DNA from: Candidatus Aenigmatarchaeota archaeon
Lineage (GTDB): Archaea > Aenigmatarchaeota > Aenigmatarchaeia > CG10238-14
Reading direction: 5' to 3'
DNA length: 64,000 bases
Assembly: GCA_030018415.1 (NCBI GenBank)
Contig: JASEGC010000001.1
Location: 129,971-193,970 of the forward strand
Shown: positions 53,800-62,900 of the stretch, one piece after another
Position numbering within the stretch: the first letter of the stretch is position 1
Layout: each line of letters opens with the position of its first letter
Program-made: the position numbers and the translations under genes
Notes under the pieces: generated by a model
Told to the model about the DNA's origin: nothing
The model's database searches: none
What the model saw: the letters and a program-made list of their open reading frames with translations, nothing else

Positions 53800-54030
53800 A
53801 TGAAGTGGGATAGAATTTTAGGTTATGTTGGTTTGGGTATAATAATTCTTGTCATAATTTACTTATCGCTGAGGATAATTGGTCTGATCAAAACCGTCTC
53901 TATTGAAGAGATACTTCTAAGCTTTGGAGGAGGTCAAGCTTTACTCGATGTATACTTGTTGAGGGCTATTGGAGGGATCGAAGGGAGATTAGATTTAAAA
54001 TCCAGCAGAAAATTTCCTGAAATGTTATAG
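53800..54030 (+). CDS. Small membrane protein
   Basis: 76 aa with one clear TM helix (ILGYVGLGIIILVIIYLSL). Confidence 0.3.
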   Translation: MKWDRILGYVGLGIIILVIIYLSLRIIGLIKTVSIEEILLSFGGGQALLDVYLLRAIGGIEGRLDLKSSRKFPEML

Positions 54031-54168
54031 ATTTCTCCTTAGAAAAAAACTTTTTACATCCGAATATCCAAAGGACTATATCGCTTAAACTCATTCTTCC
54101 TTTCATGAACCAATGTAATAAACCTTCCATATTTAAGTCTTAGAACTCTAATCTAACTATTGATGTGA

Positions 54169-54942
54169 ATGTTATGGTTCATCAGCATAGGTTTAAGTGA
54201 TGAAAGAGATATGAGTCTTAAAGCTCTAGAAGCTGCAAGAAAATGTGATCTTCTATTTGCAGAATTTTATACGTCAAAACTCAACACAACAAAAGGAAAG
54301 CTAGAAGAATTGATAGGAAAACCAATTAGAGTCCTTAACCGTGAAGAAGTAGAAGAAAAATATCAAAATATAATTTTAGAAAAGGCTAAGAATAAAAAAG
54401 TTGGATTTTTAGTGGGAGGAGATTGTCTCGTATCTACCACCCATCTTGCCCTTAGATTAGATGCTTTAAAACAAGGAATACAAACAAAGATAATCCATGG
54501 TTCATCAATAATCTCATCGGTTGCTGAGACAGGATTACACATTCAAAAATTTGGCCCTTTCATAACTATACCGTTTCCGGAAAAAACTGGAAATGAGCTA
54601 CCTCTTTCCACTTACGATAGAATAAGAGAAAATAAGAGTAGAGGTTTACATTCTCTTCTATTATTGGATGTCATATCTGAAAAAAACAAATACATGACAC
54701 CGAATGAAAGTATAGAAATAATGTTAAGAATCGAAGGCGAGAAGAAAGGAAATATTTTCACAAAGAATACAGAAATAGTTGTTTTTGCCAGAGCTGGAAG
54801 TGAAGATCCTTTGATAATTTATGGTAAAGTTAAAGAATTATTGAAGAAAGATTTTGGAAATCCTCCTTTTGTGTTAATAGTTCCTGGTAAATTACATTTC
54901 ACTGAGAAAGAATACTTAGAATTTTTTAGAGTGAGTAAATGA
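54169..54942 (+). CDS. dph5: Diphthine synthase (Dph5)
   Basis: Tetrapyrrole-methylase fold: FISIGLSDERDMSLKALEAARKCD...VGGDCLVSTTH. Confidence 0.85.
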   Translation: MLWFISIGLSDERDMSLKALEAARKCDLLFAEFYTSKLNTTKGKLEELIGKPIRVLNREEVEEKYQNIILEKAKNKKVGFLVGGDCLVSTTHLALRLDALKQGIQTKIIHGSSIISSVAETGLHIQKFGPFITIPFPEKTGNELPLSTYDRIRENKSRGLHSLLLLDVISEKNKYMTPNESIEIMLRIEGEKKGNIFTKNTEIVVFARAGSEDPLIIYGKVKELLKKDFGNPPFVLIVPGKLHFTEKEYLEFFRVSK

Positions 54943-55174
54943 GGGATAGAATACCAAAAAAAGAAATAGAAAAGTGGTTATCTAAAATTAAGAGAGAGTT
55001 GAAGTCTATAAAAGCAACAAACAAAAAAGGGGGAAATTCTTAGATAACATTAATGCATATGTAAACGATTGTGAATATTTTCAGAAAAAGGAGGATTTAT
55101 TCTTGAGTTGGGAATGTTGTTTATGGGCTTGGGCATATCTTACTATAGGTAAAGATTTGAAATTGTTAGAGTAA
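54939..55174 (+). CDS. DUF357-family protein, frame broken in an A6G5 run
   Basis: MRDRIPKKEIEKWLSKIK... stops after KKGGNS. The other frame continues FLDNINAYVNDCEYFQKKEDLFLSWECCLWAWAYLTIGKDL, which is DUF357-like. The ATG overlaps the dph5 stop. Confidence 0.5.
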
Positions 55175-55179
55175 TAAAA

Positions 55180-55584
55180 TCAGATTTTCTCAGCTCTTTC
55201 TTTGATTTCTTTAAATGCCTTTTCCATTTTTTCCAGTTCGGCCTTCTTCTTCTCTATCTCCTCTCGTTTCTTCAACACAGCTCTTTGGACATCCTCGAAG
55301 AACAAATCCACGTTGCTGTAAAATTTTTCTAATTTTGTTTGATAGGCACTCGAAGTGAAACGCCTTAGGCCTGTTAGAATCGCGGCTATTGTGCTAAGTA
55401 TGCTGTTAACTTGTTTTGTTAACCTATCTTTAAATGGTCCTTTAATGTTCTTGATTTCCGGAATTTCCTTTACTCTTTCTACTTTTAGAGCAAGTTCCTC
55501 GTTGAATTTTATAAATTTTTCCATCTCTCTCTTGACTGTGGGAAGTTGTAGGATGACATTGCTTGCGCTTGGTCTCTCTGCCAT
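55180..55584 (-). CDS. Hypothetical coiled-coil protein
   Basis: Start at the internal Met (MAERPS). Helical and charged, with a KKREEIEKKKAELEKMEKAFKEIKERAEKI tail. Confidence 0.35.
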   Translation of the reverse strand: MAERPSASNVILQLPTVKREMEKFIKFNEELALKVERVKEIPEIKNIKGPFKDRLTKQVNSILSTIAAILTGLRRFTSSAYQTKLEKFYSNVDLFFEDVQRAVLKKREEIEKKKAELEKMEKAFKEIKERAEKI

Positions 55585-55622
55585 ATGTATAGAATGGTTT
55601 TCTTGAAATATATAAGATATTA

Positions 55623-56105
55623 ATGCCAGGAAAAACAATTATTGATAAGATGATGATAGAGATATTTTTGGGGTTTGTAGCAATTGTTTTTGCTATTGCT
55701 GGCGCTGCGTTAATGAAATGGAAGCCCAAAACAAGTAGTGAAAGGAATCCTTTTAAAAATGCCTTTGAAGCAATTGGAGAAATTAATAAAATGGATAAAA
55801 CTCTTTATGAATTAAGTCAACCTGGAGCAGAAAAGTACCTGTACAATCCAAATTTCTTGAGCAAGTTATATGAAAATATTAAAAGAAGGCTTGAAAAAAT
55901 AGCTCCTAATGTCGATGATCTGCTGAGTTTGAAGTATAAAATTAATCAGACCCTTAAACGTCTGGAAGAGGACAGTGTTTTCTACAATAAAATGAGTGAA
56001 CTTTTTGGACGATATTTTGAGAAAGGCCCTGGAAAGGTTGGTCAAGCACTTAAGCATTATTTAAGATCATTATCTGAAAGAAGAAAAGCTGAAAAGATGG
56101 CTTGA
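55623..56105 (+). CDS. Hypothetical N-terminally membrane-anchored helical protein
   Basis: TM helix IEIFLGFVAIVFAIAGAALM followed by a helical soluble domain. Confidence 0.35.
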   Translation: MPGKTIIDKMMIEIFLGFVAIVFAIAGAALMKWKPKTSSERNPFKNAFEAIGEINKMDKTLYELSQPGAEKYLYNPNFLSKLYENIKRRLEKIAPNVDDLLSLKYKINQTLKRLEEDSVFYNKMSELFGRYFEKGPGKVGQALKHYLRSLSERRKAEKMA

Positions 56106-56111
56106 GAAAAA

Positions 56112-56462
56112 TCACCCTCCAACTTTTACTGTAATTATGTAGTTCTTGTAATTGATGTATGAATACAAAAGAATGCAAACCCCAAGTAAAATTAAAGCAA
56201 AATCATCATCCCTCATATTCATCCAGTATATGATGAGGCTGAGAACGAAAATATCAAAAACCTTGAACAAAAGAAATTTTCTAACATCGTCTCTGAGTAA
56301 ATACCTAAGAATGGGGTTTTCTTCAATTCTGTATCCTTTCTTCGAGAAAGTTTTTAGAGTAAGATAAGCATCTATGTAGTTCAAAAGAACCAAGATACCC
56401 AAAAGAATAAATACGTACATGATAAAAGTATTGTGTTTGAAATTGAAGTTATTTTTATTCAT
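56112..56462 (-). CDS. Small 3-4 TM membrane protein (possibly DUF5658-like)
   Basis: DAYLTLKTF...IEENPILRY resembles the D..T...E.NP motif. The family assignment is weak. Confidence 0.3.
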   Translation of the reverse strand: MNKNNFNFKHNTFIMYVFILLGILVLLNYIDAYLTLKTFSKKGYRIEENPILRYLLRDDVRKFLLFKVFDIFVLSLIIYWMNMRDDDFALILLGVCILLYSYINYKNYIITVKVGG

Positions 56463-56551
56463 ATCAGATAGAAAATGTTACTACTAAACGATAGAAATCT
56501 TTAAATACTTGATACTTGAATTATTTGTAGTTACTAAATGGTGAAAAAAAT

Positions 56552-57010
56552 ATGCCAGGTGTTGAAGGTTTAGAACAAAGAATGTATGCATTTCAAGACA
56601 TGATAAAGGGAGAAATTGAAAAGAAAGCAACAGCAGGTAGAAAATTAGGTGAATACCAGAGAGTAGATGCAACATTACAAGATCTAGCAGATCCAGCAAC
56701 GATGTTTCTGGTTGCATACAGAGCGCTACTTGAAAAAGCAAAAGCACTTAAAAAAGCGATAGAAGAGGAGATAAAAAAGAAAGATCCAAAAACTTATGTA
56801 GCAGTTTTAGAGCAAATGAAAGTATACAATGAGTTTGTAAATACATACATTGAACCAGCTAGATCATATGTAAGTGCAATTTATAAGACAGGTGTTGTAA
56901 AGCCCTTTGAAGATGCGATGAAAGACACAGATGAACTACTCAACACAAAACAAGCGTTCATCAATGAGATTAAAGAAGCGGAAAAAGAAGTAAAAAAGGA
57001 CCCTCAGTGA
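56552..57010 (+). CDS. Hypothetical helical protein
   Basis: 152 aa, charged and helical. No family recognised. Confidence 0.35.
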   Translation: MPGVEGLEQRMYAFQDMIKGEIEKKATAGRKLGEYQRVDATLQDLADPATMFLVAYRALLEKAKALKKAIEEEIKKKDPKTYVAVLEQMKVYNEFVNTYIEPARSYVSAIYKTGVVKPFEDAMKDTDELLNTKQAFINEIKEAEKEVKKDPQ

Positions 57011-57054
57011 TAACTGACATTGAAGAAGAAATCCCTTTCACTTTTTCTTAATCT

Positions 57055-57606
57055 TTACTCTAGTGGAATCCTCAGGAAACTCTTCTCTCTTGGTCCACCG
57101 ATCATCCACCAAATCAACAGAGCAGTAAATATCAATACCCCTATTATTATCAACGTATTCTGGTCTATATTAGCTGGTATATTGGTTGGAACTCCGGGTA
57201 GAGTTATACCAAGAATGTCAAATCCTCCGGCCAAATAAAACAAAACAACAGCGATTATTATACCAAACAAAAAAAGACCTGTTAGAGGTTTTTCTGTCTC
57301 AAAAGAACGCCATGCCTTTTCTCCGACTATAAGACCTACGATTAACATTACCATGAAGAGGAACAATAATATCGTAGCACCTCCAGCAAAGAATGATGTC
57401 AAGAAGAGCCCCACAGCCTGACCCATCGTCATAACGTACAAAGCAGCAATCAAAGCAATGAGACCGCTAATTTTCTTCTCTTCTCCAAATATCTTAGTCT
57501 TGGCCAAAACTGCATAAACTATTGCAAAAACGATCAGAAAAGGTAAATAATGAGTGAAGATACCGAATTCAGCCAACTTTGCGATGTAGTCAGCCAATGT
57601 TGTCAT
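57055..57606 (-). CDS. 5-TM membrane protein, paralog 1 of a tandem triplet
   Basis: Shared N-terminal signature L..FG.F..YLPFLIVF...AKTKIFG and a similar TM layout to the two upstream genes. Confidence 0.5.
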   Translation of the reverse strand: MTTLADYIAKLAEFGIFTHYLPFLIVFAIVYAVLAKTKIFGEEKKISGLIALIAALYVMTMGQAVGLFLTSFFAGGATILLFLFMVMLIVGLIVGEKAWRSFETEKPLTGLFLFGIIIAVVLFYLAGGFDILGITLPGVPTNIPANIDQNTLIIIGVLIFTALLIWWMIGGPREKSFLRIPLE

Positions 57607-57614
57607 TTAAGGTT

Positions 57615-58193
57615 TCACTTCTCTTTTGGTGGTTTTTCAGGTGGGGGTGCAGGTTTCCTTTCCCATGTGATTAATAATATGGGAACTACTATTAATAATA
57701 TTATCGCAACGATCGTTATCGTATCTTCTGGGAGAGTGGCTATAACCTGAGGACCTAACAACACATTCCCAAGTCCACTCAAGAATAGTATTAAAAAACC
57801 GAAGAATACACCGACTATCAGTACTGCCCCTGCTTTGTTGCCTTTTAATAGACCTTCTGACAGTATTTTAGGTAAGTCTGGTGGTAAGAACATTCCCATG
57901 ATCATCAGTACCACCATGAAAACTAAGGTTACGACCAAAGCTTGAGCGAAGAATGGTGGTAGTAAGCCTTCTATGCTCACTCCTGATAGAATGGGATATG
58001 CCAAGACCATGAGTGCGGCAACTATCGCTACTATCCCATTCACAGCAACGTTTTTCTCAGGCTCACCAAAAACCTGTGATTTCCTTAGCAAACCATAGAA
58101 GATAGCGGAGGTGAGTATGTATGGAAAAAGGAAGTTGAAAGCCCCTATATCTCGCAATTTTTCGATGACTGCCACGAATATATCTGGCATCAT
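57615..58193 (-). CDS. 5-TM membrane protein, paralog 2 of a tandem triplet
   Basis: IEKLRDIGAFNFLFPYILTS...RKSQVFGE, with a proline-rich basic tail PAPPPEKPPKEK. Confidence 0.5.
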   Translation of the reverse strand: MMPDIFVAVIEKLRDIGAFNFLFPYILTSAIFYGLLRKSQVFGEPEKNVAVNGIVAIVAALMVLAYPILSGVSIEGLLPPFFAQALVVTLVFMVVLMIMGMFLPPDLPKILSEGLLKGNKAGAVLIVGVFFGFLILFLSGLGNVLLGPQVIATLPEDTITIVAIILLIVVPILLITWERKPAPPPEKPPKEK

Positions 58194-58726
58194 TTCTCAC
58201 CTTCTACTCCCCATTCAACCCCTACCAACACCAATATGCCTATGATGAGAGCAACCAACATCACGATTAACGTAGTAACATCCGCTTCCTTGCCGGGCGG
58301 TGGAAACCCGGTTATCAAAACTTTATACAATCCACTAGTGAAGAACAAGGCACTGACGAAAATAGCGAGAAAAACCCATATTATAGTCCTCGATTTGAAT
58401 GTCGTCGTCAAGAATTCGCTGAACTTTGGGTAGAACATGCTCGCTCCCAACAGACCAAACAGAAAAACTATTATTATAACCAGACCTTGAGTGATGAATA
58501 CCGATAAATATTTTCCCAATCCAATTGCTACTGGTGAAACCAGATAACCCCACACAAGAAAAGCGACTGAAATCGATAGTATGGCATTCACTAGAGGAGA
58601 CTCGAATATCTTCGATTTGTTGAGTAAAGCCCAGAATACAGTTGTCGTGATGATCCAGGGAATGAAGAAGTTTATCACTCCCAACTCAATTAATCTTTCC
58701 ATGATGAGTTGGAATGGGTTGAGCAT
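58190..58726 (-). CDS. 5-TM membrane protein, paralog 3 of a tandem triplet
   Basis: MERLIELGVINFFIPWIITT...NKSKIFES. Met 58726 was chosen by alignment to the paralogs. An alternative TTG at 58774 overlaps the upstream stop. Confidence 0.5.
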   Translation of the reverse strand: MLNPFQLIMERLIELGVINFFIPWIITTTVFWALLNKSKIFESPLVNAILSISVAFLVWGYLVSPVAIGLGKYLSVFITQGLVIIIVFLFGLLGASMFYPKFSEFLTTTFKSRTIIWVFLAIFVSALFFTSGLYKVLITGFPPPGKEADVTTLIVMLVALIIGILVLVGVEWGVEGEK

Positions 58727-58770
58727 AATCTCATAGAATAATTCGTGAAGTGCGAATAAATATTTTCCAC

Positions 58771-59424
58771 TCAAGCCTCTTTCTTAAACCTTTGAACTAG
58801 GTCTGAAAGAGATCTCACACTCTCTATCAAAGCTGGCAACGCCTCTCTAAAAGCCTTATCTAGACTTGATATCCTAGCATCGATATCAGTCATCGAATCC
58901 TTGAAAGAATCCAGTTTACTTATTATAGTTTGCTCTGCCTGTGATCTTCCCTTTGAGGCAATGGTTAGTCGATTGTGTAGGTCTGCTATTTTTCTCTCAA
59001 GGTCTGCCTGTTTTATCCTAAATTCCTTCAACTTATCCTCAACTTCTCCCATCTTCTCATGGACTATAGATTCTACTAACTCTTCTGTTCCATACTCAGG
59101 ATAAGTTTGTGGATATTCGAGTGATCTTTCTGGCATTTGCGGCATCGTTGGTTGTGGTGCCTCAAAAGGTTGTGGTTCTATATCCTGCAAAGTCGGTAAA
59201 CCTGTCTCTTCTGGTTCGCCGGTAACGCCTATCTTCAAAGCCTGTGTTAGAGCTCTGTCTATCTCTTCTGCACTGAACCCTTCTTTCCTGAGGACATCGA
59301 TGATTTCGGGCTCAGAGAATCCTTTGCCACTCAGCTCTCTCACTCTGTCAGTGGGAATGAATCCTTTGCCGAGAGGGACTGTCTCTTCTTTCCTTCCTCC
59401 AAACAGTTTGATCATGTCATTCAC
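58771..59424 (-). CDS. Hypothetical protein: small helical N-domain, Pro/Gln-rich linker, C-terminal coiled coil
   Basis: GFSEPEIIDVLRKEGFSAEEIDRAL helical hairpin, a PQPFEAPQPTMPQMP linker, then heptad-rich LKEFRIKQADLERKIADLHNRL. Confidence 0.4.
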   Translation of the reverse strand: MNDMIKLFGGRKEETVPLGKGFIPTDRVRELSGKGFSEPEIIDVLRKEGFSAEEIDRALTQALKIGVTGEPEETGLPTLQDIEPQPFEAPQPTMPQMPERSLEYPQTYPEYGTEELVESIVHEKMGEVEDKLKEFRIKQADLERKIADLHNRLTIASKGRSQAEQTIISKLDSFKDSMTDIDARISSLDKAFREALPALIESVRSLSDLVQRFKKEA

Positions 59425-59466
59425 TCGTCGATAATAAAAATTCTGATTTCTTCCAATTTATATTTA

Positions 59467-59886
59467 TCATGTCGTTGTTTGTTTTACAGTCTTTTCGGAG
59501 AGCTTATTCTCCACGATCCGCATGACTTCATCTTTTGTCGTGAACCTTGATTTTATTGGATTGTACAAATCCAGTAGACTTTCTAGTTCTTTTAGTTCTG
59601 CTTTTTTTGCTGTCTTATCAAGGTTCTTGTTTATATTCAGGATTTCAGCATGAATCTCTGAAAGATTCTGAGAAACAGCTTTAACATCCACAGAAATCTG
59701 ATCAAAACTTTTCCTCAATCTGTCTATTTCGTCTATTATTTTTTCTTGCAGAGTACCTATCCTTGATTCTGCAGCACTCATCCTCTGTTCGAGTGTTCTT
59801 ATCCTTCTTGTGTTAGTGTTTATCCTATTAGTAATCTCGATGCTAAGAGCCTGCACGTCTCCAGGAACACTCTTTTCAAAAACCAT
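59467..59886 (-). CDS. Hypothetical coiled-coil protein (FlaC-like by composition only)
   Basis: RIRTLEQRMSAAESRIGTLQEKIIDEIDRLRKSFDQI heptads. The resemblance to archaellum accessory coiled coils is inference. Confidence 0.35.
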   Translation of the reverse strand: MVFEKSVPGDVQALSIEITNRINTNTRRIRTLEQRMSAAESRIGTLQEKIIDEIDRLRKSFDQISVDVKAVSQNLSEIHAEILNINKNLDKTAKKAELKELESLLDLYNPIKSRFTTKDEVMRIVENKLSEKTVKQTTT

Positions 59887-59975
59887 GGAATCAATATAAT
59901 TTTGTTTTGTTGTGTAATAAAGCTTAACTAGAAATCAATTTTAACTCAGAAAAGAAATATTTTTTAGGTGTTGTC

Positions 59976-62900
59976 TTGGTCTGTGAATTCGAGACAAGGA
60001 ATGGGTTAATAAGGGTAAGCTGTGCGAACTGTGTTTTTGGCTCGAGTGTGGAAGATTTTGATGTCTGTTTTGCTAAAACCATAGACAAGATTCTACAAGT
60101 AAGGAAAGTTGAGAGGATAGTATTATCAGGGATAAGAGAATACGAGTACGATTACGAACAGACCAAACTCCTGATAGAGATAGCGGAAGTGTACGACAAA
60201 CTCATGAACAGAGAAAAAATAATGAGCTTTGCTAGGGTTGGGAGTGAAAAGTGCGAGAGATGTTTTCCTAAACGCCTGGCAGAATTACAATTCTTATTGA
60301 GTGAAATGTTGAGGAAAGATCCTATCGGAGCTTACGTGAAGATCAACAGAATGATAAGACATTACACAGAAGTGGGAAAGAGAGAGAAACTCATGTGCAG
60401 AAGATGTTATGAATACTATGTAAAGAATGCATTGGTTCCGATGAAAAAAGAGTTGGAAAAAACTTCTCTCATACAGATGATCAAGGACAAGATACATGGT
60501 TATAAGCCAGGAGATAGATCACTCTACAGAGAAATTTTTACTCCTTTGATAAGACCAATCTTCATGTTAACAAGGTACATGCCCATTCCTCCCAAAAGGG
60601 GAAGACCTTTAAAAAGATATACACTCATGGGGAACATAATAGTAGAGATATTCGATGTTCCTGGGAAGGTTAGACGTTTTTATCATGTTTCTCCTCCTGA
60701 GTTCAGGCTATCGGATGAAAAGTATTCCATCATAGATTCAGCACGTCGATACTTAGCTGAGCACAGGCCGACAGAGACAGAAACTACTCATCCAGAAAGG
60801 GCGAGAGAACTCCTGACAAGCATGGGAATGGAGCTGATCAGGAGAATGTCCTTGGACATGGGTTTACGTTTATCTGATGAAGAGTTGAAGGAGATGGTTG
60901 ATATTCTTGTTAGATACACGGCTGGTTTTGGAGTTTTGGAAGTTTTACTCTCAGATGAAAAGGTACAAGATATATACATAAATTCTCCAATAGGGACTGT
61001 GCCCATTTATTTAGGACATGATGATTTTGAAGATTGTGAAACTAATCTAATACCGACGAGAGAAGATGCAGAAGGTTGGGCCACGAGGTTTAGGTTATTA
61101 TCGGGAAGACCACTAGACGAAGCTAACCCTGTTCTAGATACAGAGTTATTTTCTCCTGGAGGAAGGGCAAGAGTTTGTGCTATAACAAGAACATTATCGC
61201 CAGAAGGTATAGGCTATGCTTTGAGAAGACATAGAGAAAGGCCATGGACTTATCCCCTGTTTTTGGATGTGAAATTCTTCGACCCAATTTTTGCTGGGTT
61301 GATGAGCTTCTTAATCGATGGTTCTAGGGCACTCCTTTTCAGTGGAGGAAGATCGTCGGGAAAAACTAGCCTTTTATCCGCGACTTTGCTGGAGATAATG
61401 AAGAAGTTCAGAATAGTTACTGTAGAAGACACTTTAGAAATTCCAGTAGTCCAGCTGAGGAATTTGGGCTACAATATAGAAAGGTTGAAGTCTCGCTCAG
61501 TCATTACTAGAGTGGAAGCTGAATTACCGGCAGATGAGGCATTGAGGACAGCCATAAGGCTTGGAGATTCCTGTTTGATTGTGGGAGAAGTGAGATCTTC
61601 GATTCCCGGAGATGAAGAAGTTTTCATCGTTCAAGACAGAATACCTAAAAAAGTACGAATAAGAGAGTTGGAAAATGTTGACGTGAGCAGGATATTAGTT
61701 CCGACACTCGATCTGAAAGAGAATTTCAAAGTTAAACTAGAAAAACTAAGAGCCTTCGTCAAGCACCCCAAAAGAAAGTTGTTCATCAGGATCACGACAA
61801 AGACTGGGAGGGAGGTGACAGTCACACCAGATCATAGTGTATTTACTTTGGGTTCTTTGAGGATAAAAGAAGTCGAAGCTGATAAACTGAAGGAAGGAGA
61901 ACCCATAATCATACCATCGAAGTTGCCTTGTGGCTACAATGACCTAGATTACCTGGATTTAACCACGATACTGAAAGATTTTAGACTCGAAAATGCAGAA
62001 GAGTACATTAGGTTAGCCATAAAAAAGGTTGGATGGAAAAGAGCGAGTGAAATCTGTGGAGTTAAAGACGTTTACAGGTACTTATTATCCACTCAAAAAA
62101 CAAGGATTCCTGTAAATGCTTTTCTTAAACTCGTGAAGGAAGCGAGAATAAACTTTAACGTAGATAAGCTCAGAATAAAGAGAGGTACTTCGAATACTTT
62201 ACCAGCAAGGTTGAGAGTAGATGAGAACTTTTGCAGATTTTTAGGATATTATTTGTCTGATGGTTATATCGATCGAAATACGAATTTAGTCGTGATCTCA
62301 AATTCTGATGAGAGAATTTTGGAAGACATCAAAACTGTCTGTTTAAAATGTTTCGGTCAGGAGCCTATTTTTAGGCAGACTAAAAGTTTAGGAATTTCAA
62401 CTCAAGTAATAATCCCAAATTCTCCACTCGCTCATCTTCTGATTAATCTTGGATGTGGGAGAGTGTGTAAGGAAAAGAGAATTCCAGCGCTTGTTTACGG
62501 ACTGAATGAAAGGAAAATTTCAGCATTCCTGAAGGGGATGTATAGTGGAGATGGTTGCTTCACTCCATCAAAAAATGCAGGCAATGCTGTTAGATACTTC
62601 ACAACGTCAAAACAATTAGCCAATGACTTGATGTATCTGCTTCTTTCTCTAGGAATTGTGGGAAGTATTTTTATACACGAACCCAGTGGAAGAGGGGGTA
62701 AAAAACTTTACATTGTCGAATTTAAACAGAGAGACTATGTGAAAAAGTTTCTTAAAAAAGTCGGGTTTGTTAGAAAAGTACGTGAAATTTTTGAAAAGGG
62801 GCGGCAACACTCACAAGTTAATATGTTAAAATTCAGAGAGGATGAATTAAAAGAACATATAGTTAAACTTCCGAGAAGATACAGACATCTGAAAAGATTC

